Positions 35,791 to 47,700 of a stretch of 64,000 nucleotides of DNA are shown piece by piece. The notes under the pieces are model-generated. The model saw nothing but the letters and a program-made list of their open reading frames with translations, made no database searches and had not been told where the DNA came from. The position numbers and the translations under genes were made by a program. The first letter of the stretch is position 1. Each line of letters opens with the position of its first letter. Origin of the DNA: a virus; IMG/VR virus record IMGVR_UViG_3300042562_002450, positions 32,001 through 96,000 of that record. One strand, given 5' to 3'.

Positions 35791-36339
35791 ATGACTACTA
35801 AAATATTTGATCCACAGTACGAGAAAAATTATAATGAAGCTGCTATAGATAAAAATAGACTTGCTGAAGTTACTCTTGTCTCTAAAAAGATACTTGAAAA
35901 CAAAGCACGATATTTGACTGTTAGCGAAAAGACAAGTATCCCTTGGGATATAATTGCTTGTCTTCATCTTAGGGAATCTTCTTTGCGTTTTGATTGTGTT
36001 CTTCATAATGGAGAAAGAATAATTGGAACAAGTAAGAAAACCAAGTTAGTTCCTGCTGGTCATGGTCCATTCTCAACATGGGAAGAGGCAGCGATAGATG
36101 CGCTTATGCTTAAGAAATATCTATTCCCAAAGACATGGTCTATTGCACTTCAGTTAAAATTCATTGAAGGCTTTAATGGTTTTGGTTACAGGAAACGTGG
36201 AGAACTTAGTCCATATGTTTGGGCTGGAACTACTAAACATAGTGAGAAAGGGAAGTATGTCGCTGATGGGCACTATGATCCAAATGCACCAGAGAAGCAA
36301 TTAGGTGCAGTCGCTATCTTGAAATATCTAAGAAAATAA
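35791..36339 (+). CDS. Lysozyme-like protein, endolysin candidate
   Basis: HLRESS, LHNGE, GPFSTWEEAAIDAL, EGFNGFGY, SPYVWAGT, GKYVADG. Confidence 0.75.
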   Translation: MTTKIFDPQYEKNYNEAAIDKNRLAEVTLVSKKILENKARYLTVSEKTSIPWDIIACLHLRESSLRFDCVLHNGERIIGTSKKTKLVPAGHGPFSTWEEAAIDALMLKKYLFPKTWSIALQLKFIEGFNGFGYRKRGELSPYVWAGTTKHSEKGKYVADGHYDPNAPEKQLGAVAILKYLRK

Positions 36340-36507
36340 TTAAGGAAAAACATGCACATTCCACATAACTGCTACTCAGGTAGCTCTCCTATTTATTTTG
36401 CTAAAATAGGAATTAAGTTTCAAAATTAAAAAAATAAATTAGAAAAATTAAAGATGCTTTTGTTAGAAAACTAATTTAGAATAAGTAGTCTTTAATAAGG
36501 AGATTTA

Positions 36508-37977
36508 ATGACTTCAAGTAAAATAAAACACTACGTCCTAGACACCTGCGTTCTGCTTCATGATCCAGACTCTTTGCTTTCATTCCAAGAACATAATGTA
36601 TATCTACCATTAATAGTGATAGAAGAATTAGATAAGTTTAAGAAAGAAGAGAATGAGAAAGGTCGTAATTGCCGCTCTGCTACAAGAACAATTGACGAGC
36701 TAAGGATTCAAGGATCACTAACTGAGGGCGTTAAGCTTCCTGGTGGTGGAACTTTTAAAGTCCTTCCTGTCTACTCGGGTATGGGATCTCTTCCATTATC
36801 TTTTGATATTAATGACGATAAGATCCTTTCTACTACCGCTGTCTTGCAAACCCTACATAAGAATGATGAAGTTATTCTTGTCACTAATGACATTAATATG
36901 CGCGTTAGAGCAAATATATTTAAAATCCCAGTTGAGGTCTTTGGCAAGAAACTAAACAAGGACTTACTACATACAGGAATTAAAACTGTATATCTTGATC
37001 ATCCTGAGTATGCATCATTTAAACAACATGGACATGTAGCTCCATCAAGCTTAATTCATGTTCCTGGTAAAACTGTTTCTACAATACATAATAATGAAGA
37101 AACACTAATTCAACCTAACGATTATATTAAACTTGTAAATAAACAAGATGAGAATAAGTTTGCCTATGGAGCTTATGTCGCTTCTGTTAAATCTATTCAA
37201 AAGATTAGAGGTAAAAATGACCAAGTATTTGGTATCATTCCAAAAAATGATGAACAAGCTTGTGCGCTCGATGCACTTATGGATCCAGATATCAGCCTTG
37301 TTACTCTCATTGGCAAGGCAGGATCGGGGAAAACACTTATTGCTATCGCCGCAGCCCTTGAAGCTACATTAGAACATAAGATATATGATAAGATTTTAAT
37401 TGCTAGACCTGTTCAACCAATGGGTAAAGATATCGGGTACTTACCTGGAACCTTAGAAGAAAAGCTAGCTCCATGGATGCAACCAATTTTTGATAATCTT
37501 GAATTCCTTTTTTCTATTAAGAAAAAACATGTTGGTTCTTATGAACAAACAAAAAAACAAAAGATTAGACATACAAGAACTTCAAATTCAAGAAGAGGAG
37601 AGAAACCAGAAAAACCAGTTGAACAAGAATCTGCACCAAAGAAAAACTATGAATTCTTACTTGAAAGTAAAATGATTCAAGTTGAAGCTTTAACTTATAT
37701 TAGAGGACGATCAATTCCAAGACAGTTTATCATTATTGATGAGGCGCAAAACTTAACTCCTCATGAGATTAAAACAATTATAACTCGTGCTGGTGAAGGT
37801 ACCAAAATTGTTTTGACAGGTGATACTGAGCAGATTGATAATCCTTATTTAGACGAAGTAAGCAATGGACTAACTTATGCCGTGGAGCGTCTTAAGCATC
37901 TTGGTATGACTTCTCATATTACTTTATTTGAATGTGAAAGATCTGCCTTAGCTGAAGCTGGGACTAAGTTTTTATGA
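36508..37977 (+). CDS. phoH: PIN-PhoH (PhoH2-type) ATPase
   Basis: YVLDTCVLLHD PIN domain; GKAGSGKT; RGRSI..FIIIDEAQN; GD..QID. Confidence 0.93.
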   Translation: MTSSKIKHYVLDTCVLLHDPDSLLSFQEHNVYLPLIVIEELDKFKKEENEKGRNCRSATRTIDELRIQGSLTEGVKLPGGGTFKVLPVYSGMGSLPLSFDINDDKILSTTAVLQTLHKNDEVILVTNDINMRVRANIFKIPVEVFGKKLNKDLLHTGIKTVYLDHPEYASFKQHGHVAPSSLIHVPGKTVSTIHNNEETLIQPNDYIKLVNKQDENKFAYGAYVASVKSIQKIRGKNDQVFGIIPKNDEQACALDALMDPDISLVTLIGKAGSGKTLIAIAAALEATLEHKIYDKILIARPVQPMGKDIGYLPGTLEEKLAPWMQPIFDNLEFLFSIKKKHVGSYEQTKKQKIRHTRTSNSRRGEKPEKPVEQESAPKKNYEFLLESKMIQVEALTYIRGRSIPRQFIIIDEAQNLTPHEIKTIITRAGEGTKIVLTGDTEQIDNPYLDEVSNGLTYAVERLKHLGMTSHITLFECERSALAEAGTKFL

Positions 37978-38063
37978 TAAAATCTATTAACTTTAGTTCG
38001 TCAAAAAAAACTATACTCCATATTTTCTTTAATATATAATCAGGCTATCTATATGGAGGCACA

Positions 38064-40913
38064 GTGACGGCTCAGACTACGTTTAAATCGGTATATAGGC
38101 CGGTTAGTAAAAAAATTAATACGGTTTTAGCAAATGCTGCACTAGATTTTTCTGGAAGAGCAACAAATATTGATTTCATAGCTAACCAACTAGCCCCCTT
38201 TGATTCTATCATTGGCAATGCTCATTTTATTGATGGGCAAACTGTCATTATTTCAAATAAAACTGGATTCGATATCATTCTAAATCCTTCTCTTATGGAG
38301 AATGGTTTATCTTATGATATTGAACCAGGGACCACTGCTGTCTTTCTTTATCTAGCTGATTTAAATAAGTTTTTTGATGCTGGTGGATCTGCTACATCTA
38401 TAGATATTCAAGAAAATTTAGATGCAGCTATCATTTCTATTAACTCAGAAATCCAATCAATAGAAACATTAATAGAAAGCAATTATGAAGAACTTGATCA
38501 AAGAGTAACTGAAGAAGAAGTAACAAGAGCTTTAGCAGATACAAATTTACAAAATCAAATTAACAATGTTTTATCAAACATAGACCCTTCAGCTATAGAT
38601 TCTTTTGTAGAAATTGTTGCCGCTTTTGAAGCTGCAGATTTAAACCTAAATGGTGCAATAACAAACTTATCAACAGCTCTTTCTCAACAAATATCAAGTC
38701 TTGACTTAGAGCTTGATCAAGAAAAGATTGATAGAGCATCTGGAGATGCAGCACTAGACACAAGGATAATCGCACTTGAAGATCAGGTTGGAGATGACTT
38801 ACAGACAGCAATAATAAGCCTTCAAGCATCAATAGCAGCAGAAGAATTAACAAGAATAGCTGCAGATGCTGCAACATTGCAATCAGCTAAAGACTACACC
38901 AATGCTGAGATTGAGGCAATTCCTTCTATTGATCTCTCATTATATGAGACTACTATAAACGTAGACTCTAAAGACGCTTCTACTTTAGCTGCAGCCAATC
39001 TTTATACAGACAATGCCATTGCAGAAATACCGCCTGTTGATCTAACAAGTTATGCTCCCATAGATTATGTTGATACAGAAATTGATCAAGCCGTAACAGG
39101 CCTTCAATCTCAAATCTCTTACATTACTCAGAATACTGACCCAGCAGCTATCGACTCTCTAGTCGAAGTTGTAACTGCATTTCAAGAAGCTGATCAAAAT
39201 TTAAATGGCGCAATAACAAACTTATCCACAACTCTTTCTCAACAAATATCAAGTCTTGATTCAGAGCTTGATCAAGAAAAACTTGATAGAGCATCTGGTG
39301 ATGCATCACTAGACACAAGGATAACTGTCCTTGAAGATCAGGTGGGAGATGACTTACAAACAGCAATAACAAGTTTGCAAGCATCAATAGCATCTGAAGA
39401 GTCTGCAAGAGTTGCTGCAGATTTAGATATAACAACAAGGATAGCCACACTAGAAGAAGAGATTGGAGACAATCTTCAACAAGCAATTTCTAGTCTACAA
39501 GCAGCAAATGCTACTTTAGATACTAGAATTACAGATCTTGAAGATCAAGTTGGAGATAACCTACAAACAGCAATATCTCAAATCCAATTAGATATTTCTG
39601 CAGAAGCAACAACGAGAGCCTCTGCCGATATTGCATTGCAAGCAAACATAACAAATGTTCAATCAAATCTTTCTCAAGAAATAATTGACAGAATTGCGGC
39701 AGACCAAACCCTCCAGTCAAACATTGGATTGGAAGCTACTAGAGCAACAGCTGTTGAGCAACAGATAGTAAGTAACCTTCTTACTGAAAAAACACGCATT
39801 GATGCAATTCTTCTCAGTACAGATAATTTGGATTCTCGCCTCGATATAATTGAACCTAAAGTATCAATTTTAGAAAGCGAAATGAATTTAGTCGAATCTA
39901 ATATTGCCTCTGAGATACAAAGAGCTATACTTGCTGAAGGCGAGTTAGATGGCAGACTTGATTCTCTTGAGCCAAAGGTATCTACACTTGAAACTGAAAT
40001 GGATGCTGTTGAGTCAAATCTTGCATCTGAAATACTAAGAGCTACGTTAGCCGAAAATGCGTTAGATAACAGACTTGATATTTTGGAACCAAAAGTTTCA
40101 ACTTTAGAAACAAAAATGGATTCAGTTCAGTCGGGTCTTTCTCAAGAAGTTCTTGATAGACAATCTATAGACTTAGCGCTTCAAGGACAAATTAATACAG
40201 AAAAGTTTCGCACTGATGCAATCCTTTTAGCTTCAGATGCTGACAAGGATACCTTTGCAGAAATAGTTCAGCTTATTAATTCAATAGACACAAGTAATGA
40301 TTCAGCATTTGCCTCATATGTCATATCTAACAATGCCGCAATTGGAAGTCTTGACTCAAGACTTGATTTCATTGAACCAAAAGTGACTACAGTTCAAGTT
40401 GATCTTGCTCAAGAAGTTGTAAGCAGAGAAAATGCCGACATTGTTTTGCAGCAGCAAGTTAATTTATCAAATTTAAATATTGATTCATTAGAAAGCTTAG
40501 CTTCTACTCAAGAGCAAGAAATTATAAATTTAAAGAAAAGAGTTCTTGAGCTAGAAATAGATCAAGATGATTTTTTATTTAAGAGAGAAAAAATAGCAAT
40601 TCAGTTACAGCAAGATCTTACTTATGTAGATCTTGAATACAAGGTAATACCTAATTCAATAGTCGCAAGCATTGATAGGTTAATGATTTATTTAAATGAT
40701 GATTTTGAAGTTTCAGAAGTAAACAACGTAACAAGAATAACATGGATTGGACCGTTAAACTTTACCACAGGGGATGAGAAAATAGGATTAGGTGATATTT
40801 TAAAAGTAAACTATAAAATATCAAATAGTGTTTTTGATTCTGCTCCAACTCCTTTAATCCTTGATGATGGTTCTTCTTTTACACTAGACAATGGTGATGA
40901 ATTAATTTTTTAA
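38064..40913 (+). CDS. Long coiled-coil tail-fibre-like protein
   Basis: 949 aa heptad-rich; repeated DP.AIDS..E.V.AF motif; C-terminal domain shared with 44708 ORF. Confidence 0.7.
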   Translation: MTAQTTFKSVYRPVSKKINTVLANAALDFSGRATNIDFIANQLAPFDSIIGNAHFIDGQTVIISNKTGFDIILNPSLMENGLSYDIEPGTTAVFLYLADLNKFFDAGGSATSIDIQENLDAAIISINSEIQSIETLIESNYEELDQRVTEEEVTRALADTNLQNQINNVLSNIDPSAIDSFVEIVAAFEAADLNLNGAITNLSTALSQQISSLDLELDQEKIDRASGDAALDTRIIALEDQVGDDLQTAIISLQASIAAEELTRIAADAATLQSAKDYTNAEIEAIPSIDLSLYETTINVDSKDASTLAAANLYTDNAIAEIPPVDLTSYAPIDYVDTEIDQAVTGLQSQISYITQNTDPAAIDSLVEVVTAFQEADQNLNGAITNLSTTLSQQISSLDSELDQEKLDRASGDASLDTRITVLEDQVGDDLQTAITSLQASIASEESARVAADLDITTRIATLEEEIGDNLQQAISSLQAANATLDTRITDLEDQVGDNLQTAISQIQLDISAEATTRASADIALQANITNVQSNLSQEIIDRIAADQTLQSNIGLEATRATAVEQQIVSNLLTEKTRIDAILLSTDNLDSRLDIIEPKVSILESEMNLVESNIASEIQRAILAEGELDGRLDSLEPKVSTLETEMDAVESNLASEILRATLAENALDNRLDILEPKVSTLETKMDSVQSGLSQEVLDRQSIDLALQGQINTEKFRTDAILLASDADKDTFAEIVQLINSIDTSNDSAFASYVISNNAAIGSLDSRLDFIEPKVTTVQVDLAQEVVSRENADIVLQQQVNLSNLNIDSLESLASTQEQEIINLKKRVLELEIDQDDFLFKREKIAIQLQQDLTYVDLEYKVIPNSIVASIDRLMIYLNDDFEVSEVNNVTRITWIGPLNFTTGDEKIGLGDILKVNYKISNSVFDSAPTPLILDDGSSFTLDNGDELIF
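38649..39400 (+). repeat. ~197-nt in-frame direct duplication (38649-38845 and 39204-39400)
   Basis: Both copies encode NGAITNLST.LSQQISSLD.ELDQEK.DRASGDA.LDTRI..LEDQVGDDLQTAI. Confidence 0.85.
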
Positions 40914-40927
40914 TATAAGAGGAATAT

Positions 40928-43900
40928 ATGGCTAAAAAAATAGCAGATCTAATCAGAAAGACAACCCCACTAGAATCAGAAGATCTCTTTTTGGTTTCGA
41001 CCTCTGTTGGATCTAGATCAATAAAAGCTCTAGATATGACGGGCACACTTCAAGGTCCAGTTGGCTCACAAGGTCCAGCTGGTGAAGTTGGCTCACAAGG
41101 CATTCAAGGTATCCAGGGAGTCCAAGGAGATAAAGGTGATCAGGGTGAACAAGGCATCCAGGGTATTCAGGGTGAAACTGGAGTTCAAGGACCAGAAGGT
41201 CAAGTTGGTCCTCAGGGCATAGAAGGTCTTCAAGGTCCTGCAGGCGCTGATGGTGCCGATGGTTCTCAAGGTGAACAAGGAGTTCAGGGGATTCAGGGAG
41301 AAGCTGGACCACAAGGTGTTCAAGGTGTTGCTGGAGCTGATGGAACAACTGGCGCTCAAGGTGATCAAGGATTACAAGGTCAAGTCGGCTTAAAAGGTGA
41401 TCAGGGAGAAATCGGATCTCAAGGTACTCAAGGTATCCAAGGCGAAGTTGGCTCTCAAGGAATTCAGGGTATTCAAGGAGTTCAGGGAGATAAAGGCGAT
41501 AAGGGAGATCAAGGAATACAAGGTATTCAAGGACCACAAGGTATCCAAGGTATTCATGGTGAAACTGGTGCTCAAGGACCAGAGGGTCAAGTTGGACCTC
41601 AGGGTATCCAAGGAGAAGTTGGGCCACAAGGCGAACAAGGTTCTCAAGGGATTCAAGGAATCCAAGGAATCCAGGGAGAGATCGGATCTCAAGGTTTGAA
41701 AGGTGACCAAGGAGAAACTGGTTCACAAGGACTTCAAGGCGAGCAAGGCATCCAAGGTATTCAAGGAATACAAGGCGAACAAGGGATTGAAGGAATTCAA
41801 GGAATACAAGGCGAGCAAGGCTTAGTTGGTCTTCAAGGAATCCAAGGCGAAAAAGGAGACAAAGGCGATCAGGGAATTCAAGGGTTCACTGGTCAAGATG
41901 GTACATCTTTTTCAATTGCTAAAATTTACTCCTCTTTAGCTCAGCTTCAATCTGATTCTTTACCTGGAATACAGAGTGGAGAATTCGCAATAATTAGTAC
42001 ATTAGATGAAAATGATACAGACAATTCAAAACTATTTGTCTGGAATGGATCTCAATATAATTTTGTTACAGATTTAAGTGGAGCCGTTGGTATTCAAGGA
42101 CCTCAGGGAACTCAAGGAATTCAAGGCGAAAAAGGTAACAAAGGTGATCAAGGTGAGCAAGGACTAATCGGCTTGCAAGGAATACAAGGTACTCAAGGAA
42201 ACCAAGGTGAAATTGGTCCTCAAGGCTTAGAAGGTATTCAGGGAATACAAGGAATTCAAGGAGCAGAAGGTTCTCAAGGCTCTCAGGGCTTACAAGGATT
42301 ACAGGGAATTCAAGGAGAAGTTGGCTCACAAGGAGCTCAAGGTATCCAGGGTGAACAAGGTATCCAAGGCTCTCAAGGCGAAAAAGGTGATAAAGGCGAC
42401 CAAGGCGAAATTGGTCTTCAAGGACTTCAAGGAGTTCAAGGCGAAGTTGGAACTGAAGGATCCCAAGGGATTCAAGGTATTCAAGGAGAGCAAGGTCTTC
42501 AAGGAATAGAAGGTCCACAAGGTTTACAGGGAGAACAAGGTCTTCCAGGTGAAACTGGTCCTGAAGGTCTTATGGGTGAAGGTGGTCCTATGGGTGAAGC
42601 TGGACCTCAAGGAGCTCAAGGCATTCAAGGCAATACTGGTGATACAGGTATTGCAGGTGCTGGAGTAACCACATCTAATCTAGTTCAAGGAGAAACATTA
42701 AGCATAGGAAATCTTGCATATGTGTCATCCGGTACAGGTAACGATTCCACAAGAATCGCTGGTGCATTATATAAACTAGATTTATCAAACTCGGCTAGAA
42801 ATAAATTTGCTGGAATTGTTCTTAACTATGACAACACAAGTCCTCACTTTAGTGAGGATTTTTCTAGTGGAAACTTTACAAATAATGGCTGGACAGAAGT
42901 AAACGGGACTCAAGCAAACAAATGGCATGTAGGTTCTGCAACATTTAATTCATCTAGCTATTCCGCATACATATCTAGCAATGGTGGAGTTTCCAACACA
43001 TACAACACAGGTATTGCATCAGCTGTATATTTTTATAAAGATATATTCGTACTCAATTCTGCAAATCCTGTTCAGTTAAGATATTCCATAAGAGCAACGG
43101 GAGAGTATACCTCATTACCATATGACTACGGTATGATTCTAATAGACCCAAATTTAACAACCGTTCCAGTAGCAGGTACACCAATATTGTTAGCACCATC
43201 TGGGGGAACTAGAACCTTGCTTTCTCCCTCAACATCTTGGTCACAAAGAACAATTAGCGTAAACGCATATAAAAATACGACTATTCGTTTAATCTTTGGA
43301 TGGGTCAATGATCCTAGTCTCGGGGCAAATCCCCCAATTGCTATAGATGATATTAGAATAGAAGATATACCTACCGCAACCATACAAAGCTCTGGATTGT
43401 TCAGTCAAGCAACTGGTTTAGTAACTGGTAGTTATTACTATCCATCAGCTACTGCTGGGGCTTATTTAAACTCAGTACCTACATCTATTGCCTCCCCTAT
43501 TGGATTAGCTATATCTGCCACGGAGATGATAATAAATCCACCAGCAAATAATTCGCCATCCTTAGTACCTTCAGGCACAGTAATGGCTTATGCGCCGTCA
43601 TCCACGCCTACTGGATACTTACTTTGTACTGGTCAAGCCGTAAGTAGAGCAACTTACTATAGTCTATATTCAGCAATTGGTATTCAATATGGTCAGGGTG
43701 ATGGCAGTACAACTTTTAACGTACCAGACTACCAAGGTATGTTTTTAAGAGGACGAGTAACAACAGCAGCATCTGTTACTGGAACTGGAACACCCGCAAC
43801 TAACAATGCAACCTTTACTTCTCATGGTATCAACAGGAATGGATTTAAAGTTAGATTCACAAGTGTTGGGACCTTAACTGGCGTGGTTATTAATACTGAT

Positions 43901-44293
43901 TATTACGCTATAGTTGTTGATTCAAGCACATTAGCATTTGCAGCAACTTTAGCAAATGCTGTTGCGGCAACTCCAACTAAAATTATCTTAGGTGGGACAA
44001 ACAATGCTGTGATTGCTCAGTGGGAAGATCCAGATGCATCATTAAGATCAGTTTTTGCAACTGGCGCAAATGGCGGAATGTCAGCAGGATCTTTTCAAGC
44101 TGATGATTTTGCACTACATACTCATACTGCTGAAATTCCCGCAACTTCATACACCGCTGCTCTGGCTGGAGTATCTAATAGTGTTGGTGGAGCTAACCTA
44201 ACTGGAACTCAAGTATCGAACGTATTAGGAAGCACTGGTGGATATGAAACTCGCCCTAGAAACATATCTATAAACTATATTATTAAAACCTAG
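40928..44293 (+). CDS. Collagen-like tail fibre with C-terminal phage tail collar domain
   Basis: Long Gly-X-Y run with one interruption; GTVMAYA..STPTGYLLCTGQAVSR..Y..L...GDGSTTFNVPD.QGMFLRG; ETRPRNI..NYIIK. Confidence 0.88.
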   Translation: MAKKIADLIRKTTPLESEDLFLVSTSVGSRSIKALDMTGTLQGPVGSQGPAGEVGSQGIQGIQGVQGDKGDQGEQGIQGIQGETGVQGPEGQVGPQGIEGLQGPAGADGADGSQGEQGVQGIQGEAGPQGVQGVAGADGTTGAQGDQGLQGQVGLKGDQGEIGSQGTQGIQGEVGSQGIQGIQGVQGDKGDKGDQGIQGIQGPQGIQGIHGETGAQGPEGQVGPQGIQGEVGPQGEQGSQGIQGIQGIQGEIGSQGLKGDQGETGSQGLQGEQGIQGIQGIQGEQGIEGIQGIQGEQGLVGLQGIQGEKGDKGDQGIQGFTGQDGTSFSIAKIYSSLAQLQSDSLPGIQSGEFAIISTLDENDTDNSKLFVWNGSQYNFVTDLSGAVGIQGPQGTQGIQGEKGNKGDQGEQGLIGLQGIQGTQGNQGEIGPQGLEGIQGIQGIQGAEGSQGSQGLQGLQGIQGEVGSQGAQGIQGEQGIQGSQGEKGDKGDQGEIGLQGLQGVQGEVGTEGSQGIQGIQGEQGLQGIEGPQGLQGEQGLPGETGPEGLMGEGGPMGEAGPQGAQGIQGNTGDTGIAGAGVTTSNLVQGETLSIGNLAYVSSGTGNDSTRIAGALYKLDLSNSARNKFAGIVLNYDNTSPHFSEDFSSGNFTNNGWTEVNGTQANKWHVGSATFNSSSYSAYISSNGGVSNTYNTGIASAVYFYKDIFVLNSANPVQLRYSIRATGEYTSLPYDYGMILIDPNLTTVPVAGTPILLAPSGGTRTLLSPSTSWSQRTISVNAYKNTTIRLIFGWVNDPSLGANPPIAIDDIRIEDIPTATIQSSGLFSQATGLVTGSYYYPSATAGAYLNSVPTSIASPIGLAISATEMIINPPANNSPSLVPSGTVMAYAPSSTPTGYLLCTGQAVSRATYYSLYSAIGIQYGQGDGSTTFNVPDYQGMFLRGRVTTAASVTGTGTPATNNATFTSHGINRNGFKVRFTSVGTLTGVVINTDYYAIVVDSSTLAFAATLANAVAATPTKIILGGTNNAVIAQWEDPDASLRSVFATGANGGMSAGSFQADDFALHTHTAEIPATSYTAALAGVSNSVGGANLTGTQVSNVLGSTGGYETRPRNISINYIIKT

Positions 44294-44300
44294 GACAAAT

Positions 44301-44459
44301 ATGACATTTCATAAATACGACATCGACACTAAACTATATATAGAATCAGTTGAAACAGAAGAACAGCCAGAAAACTCTGTGTCAGGTATTCTTCCAGAGA
44401 TGACAGACTTGTATGCTTTGGCTTTTATAGAAAATGAATGGGTTTCTGTTTTAAAATAA
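44301..44459 (+). CDS. 52 aa peptide, possible tail-fibre assembly protein
   Basis: Hand-translated MTFHKYDIDTKLYIES...; AGGA RBS; follows tail collar gene. Confidence 0.45.
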   Translation: MTFHKYDIDTKLYIESVETEEQPENSVSGILPEMTDLYALAFIENEWVSVLK

Positions 44460-44464
44460 TAAAT

Positions 44465-44491
44465 AAAAGGGGTGTTTAATGCACCCCTTTT
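44465..44491. terminator. Bidirectional-type terminator hairpin
   Basis: AAAAGGGGTG / CACCCCTTTT. Confidence 0.8.
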
Positions 44492-44707
44492 GTTTAATCC
44501 TCAAACAAATATAATATAAAAATATTTTTTTTTTAAAAATTGCATAAACTTTTTTTTTAAAGTTTTAAACTTATTTTTATTTTAATTTATTGTATAGTAT
44601 ATTGCTTACATCTTTTGTTAAAACTATTTTATTATTTTGGATACAAAAAAATAAATATGTTAGAATTCTCTCTGGTGATATGTAGAAAAACACAATAGGA
44701 GAGAATA

Positions 44708-47700
44708 ATGTCATTACAAATTAAAAAGAAAAATCTTGGCAGCAATGAAGTAGATGGTTCAAAAATCTTACTTGCTCAAGGCCAAGCCATTAGAGGTTTC
44801 GACCAAAATGGAATTGAAAAAGACTTAATCGAATTCGGTGAGTCTGGTGAAATTTTAGTAAATGGTTCAGAGGTTACTTACAAGTCAGTAACGGATGTTA
44901 TTGAATCAGATCTTTCTAACGAAGTTGCTCGTGCAATCTCTGAGGAAGAAGCGCTCCTAGAAGAAATTAATTTAGGAATGAGAGTATCGAATGATCGTTG
45001 GGCTGCAACTCAAGCTGCAGATACCGCTATTCGTTCAGAATTTGCTGCTGCTGATAGTGTTGAACAATCAGCTCGTATTGCAGGAGATGAAACAGCTCAA
45101 GCGAATCTAGTTTCTGCTGAGGCAGGTCTCATACAACTAGTTGAAAGTGAAGAGCTTAGAGCATCAGATGCTGAAATTCTTATCGCAGGTAGAATAGATC
45201 AAGAAATCTTTGATCGCGTTGCAGGTGATGTTTCTACTTTAGCTGAGTCAAAGTCTTACACTGATGGGAAAGTTAGTCTTGTTTTAAGTAACCTAGATTC
45301 AACTGCTCTAGATTCATTAGTCGAAGTTGTTGGTGCTTTCCAACAAGCTGACCAAGATCTAAATAATGCAATCTCAGGTCTTGCAACTCAACTTGATGTG
45401 AGAATTGATCAAGTTGATATAGATGTTGATTCATTGGAAATGAGAATGCTTTCTGCTGAAGGCAATATCTCCAATGAAGTATCAAGAGCAACTTCTGAAG
45501 AGCTTCTTCTTAAATCAAGAGTTACTACTGCAGAACAAGATGTTGATTCTTTAGAGATGAGAATGCTTTCTGCGGAAGGTAACATTTCTAACGAAGTATC
45601 AAGAGCGACCTCTGAAGAGTTGCTACTTAAGTCTCGCGCTACTACCTCAGAGCAAGACATTGATTCTTTAGAAATGCGTATGCTTTCTTCTGAAGGAAAT
45701 ATTTCTAACGAAATTTCTCGTGCAACTTCTGAAGAATTACTTATTCGTTCTGATTTTGCTACTGCTGATGCTGCTAAGTTAGTTGAAGCAAAAGCATACA
45801 CAGACGCTCAGATTGCTACTATACCGGAAGTTGATCTTTCTGGCTTAGAGACTAGAGTATCAAATGCTGAAAGCGATATTGTTGCTCTGGAAGTTTATTC
45901 TAAAAATATTGTGCATGTTGATGCTGTTAACGGTATAGATGAAATCGGTCGCGGTTCATTACTTCGTCCATTTAAAACTATCAACTTTGCTTATTCACAA
46001 GTTCCGTCACTCGGAAACCCTTCAAACACTTCGTACAACGCTAACGTTGGAAAATTTGTTACTGAAAAACTAATTATTAACCTTGCTCCGGGTCGATATA
46101 CTGAGAACGTAGTTCTCGGATTTAAAAGAGCAAGAGTTCAATTAAAAGGTGACGGTGCAACTATTATTGGTGATGTTAAAACATCAGTAAAACTTGCCGA
46201 CTTTCCATGTGCTGCTTTAGAAAATATGAAAGCTAGTTTTCCTGCACCATTCACTGGTGTTTCAGCTTTCATGAATATCGAAATTTCGGGAAATGCTGGC
46301 GGAGGTCTTGAGTCAGACCCTACATCTAGTGTCTTTACCATTACCGGTCAAGCTTCTTTAGCTTTCGAAGAATCAACAGTAGCTGGTTTCGGTACAGGTC
46401 TTAACTGGGATAGTTCTCATGGTCAGTTCTATGCTAACCTTGATAGTGCTTCAGTTGGTAACTGGGTAGTTACCTCAAGCTATACAGCAAACATGGCAAG
46501 AGCTTTACCTAGTGGTGTAATTGAAGTTGATTCTTGTAACATTGCTTCTTCAACTACTTACAGAATGTTCTTCGGTGCTGTTCCTTATTCTTACTTAACA
46601 GATTTCGCTACATGGAACGTTGCTAGTAAGGGTACAGTAAACAAGGCTCCGAATTCAGGTCTTACACTTAAGGCGCACAATTCGACATTTGGTAACGTTA
46701 TCGGCCCTGCTTTAACTCTTGGTGAAATAGACGGTTGTAGAATTTACGATATTGATAGAACGATGAGAGGCACAGTTGATAACGGTTCAATCATCGGATC
46801 TACATCAACTTCTTATCTTGGTTTTGTTAATAACCAATTTAGAATTTTCTCTGGTTCAGGTGATCTTGCGTCTTTTTACAAACTTGGTCAAGCGGTAGGT
46901 GCTACTCGCTATAAGATGGATTCTGTCTCTCATACAACAATGTCTTTCAACAGAAGTTCATCAGGTGTATTAACTGCTAGAGCTTTAGATCTAGGAGCAG
47001 GAGTAAGCTTTGACTTCTTGGATGATGCACGCAGTATTTCTGTTGCTGATCCTGCTACCAACTACACAAGAACTGCAAGCACTGTAGACGCTTCTCTTGA
47101 AGGTATTGATACTGCTCTAGGTCTCAAAGCTAGTTCAGCATCTGTAATTGCCGGAAATGCTTCTAGTTTAGTTGAAGCTAAAGCTTATACAGATACTCAA
47201 ATTGCTGCTATTCCAAGTGTAGACCTTTCTTCTTATGAAACAATTGCAAATGTTGATTCAAAAGATGCTGCTAAACTTGTTGAAGCAAAAGCTTATGCAG
47301 ATCAGGTTTCATCTTTAGCTCAAGATAACGCTGAAGACTATACCGATTCTCAAATTGCTGCAATTCCAGCTGTTGATTTGTCTAACTACTATATTACATC
47401 AGAAGTAGATGAATTAATCGCAGGACAAGAAGCTTATTCTGATGAAGTTGCTGATAATACTCTAACAGCTTCTATCGAAGCTTCTAAAGCTTATGCCGAT
47501 GCGACTTTTGCACTAATAACAGATGTTGTATCTATTGATCAATCTCTAATGGCTGCGCAAGAAGAGACTGCTTTACTTCGTTCCGAGGCATTTGAAGCTA
47601 TTGGTACGGAGAATCTTAGAGCCTTTGCAGCTGAAGCTTCTCTTCAAAGCCAAATAACAAATGTTCTTTCAAATGTTGATGGAGCTGCTCTTGACTCATT

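Noticed and set aside
41013-42520. Many alternative-frame and antisense ORFs over the collagen gene
   Set aside because: Shadow ORFs produced by 9-nt Gly-X-Y periodicity; low-complexity translations without RBS.
40928-42660. Collagen fibre as substrate of the phage prolyl-hydroxylase-like enzymes
   Set aside because: Prolines are almost all in the X position (GPQ, GPE); collagen prolyl 4-hydroxylases act on Y-position Pro, and I saw only one GLP.
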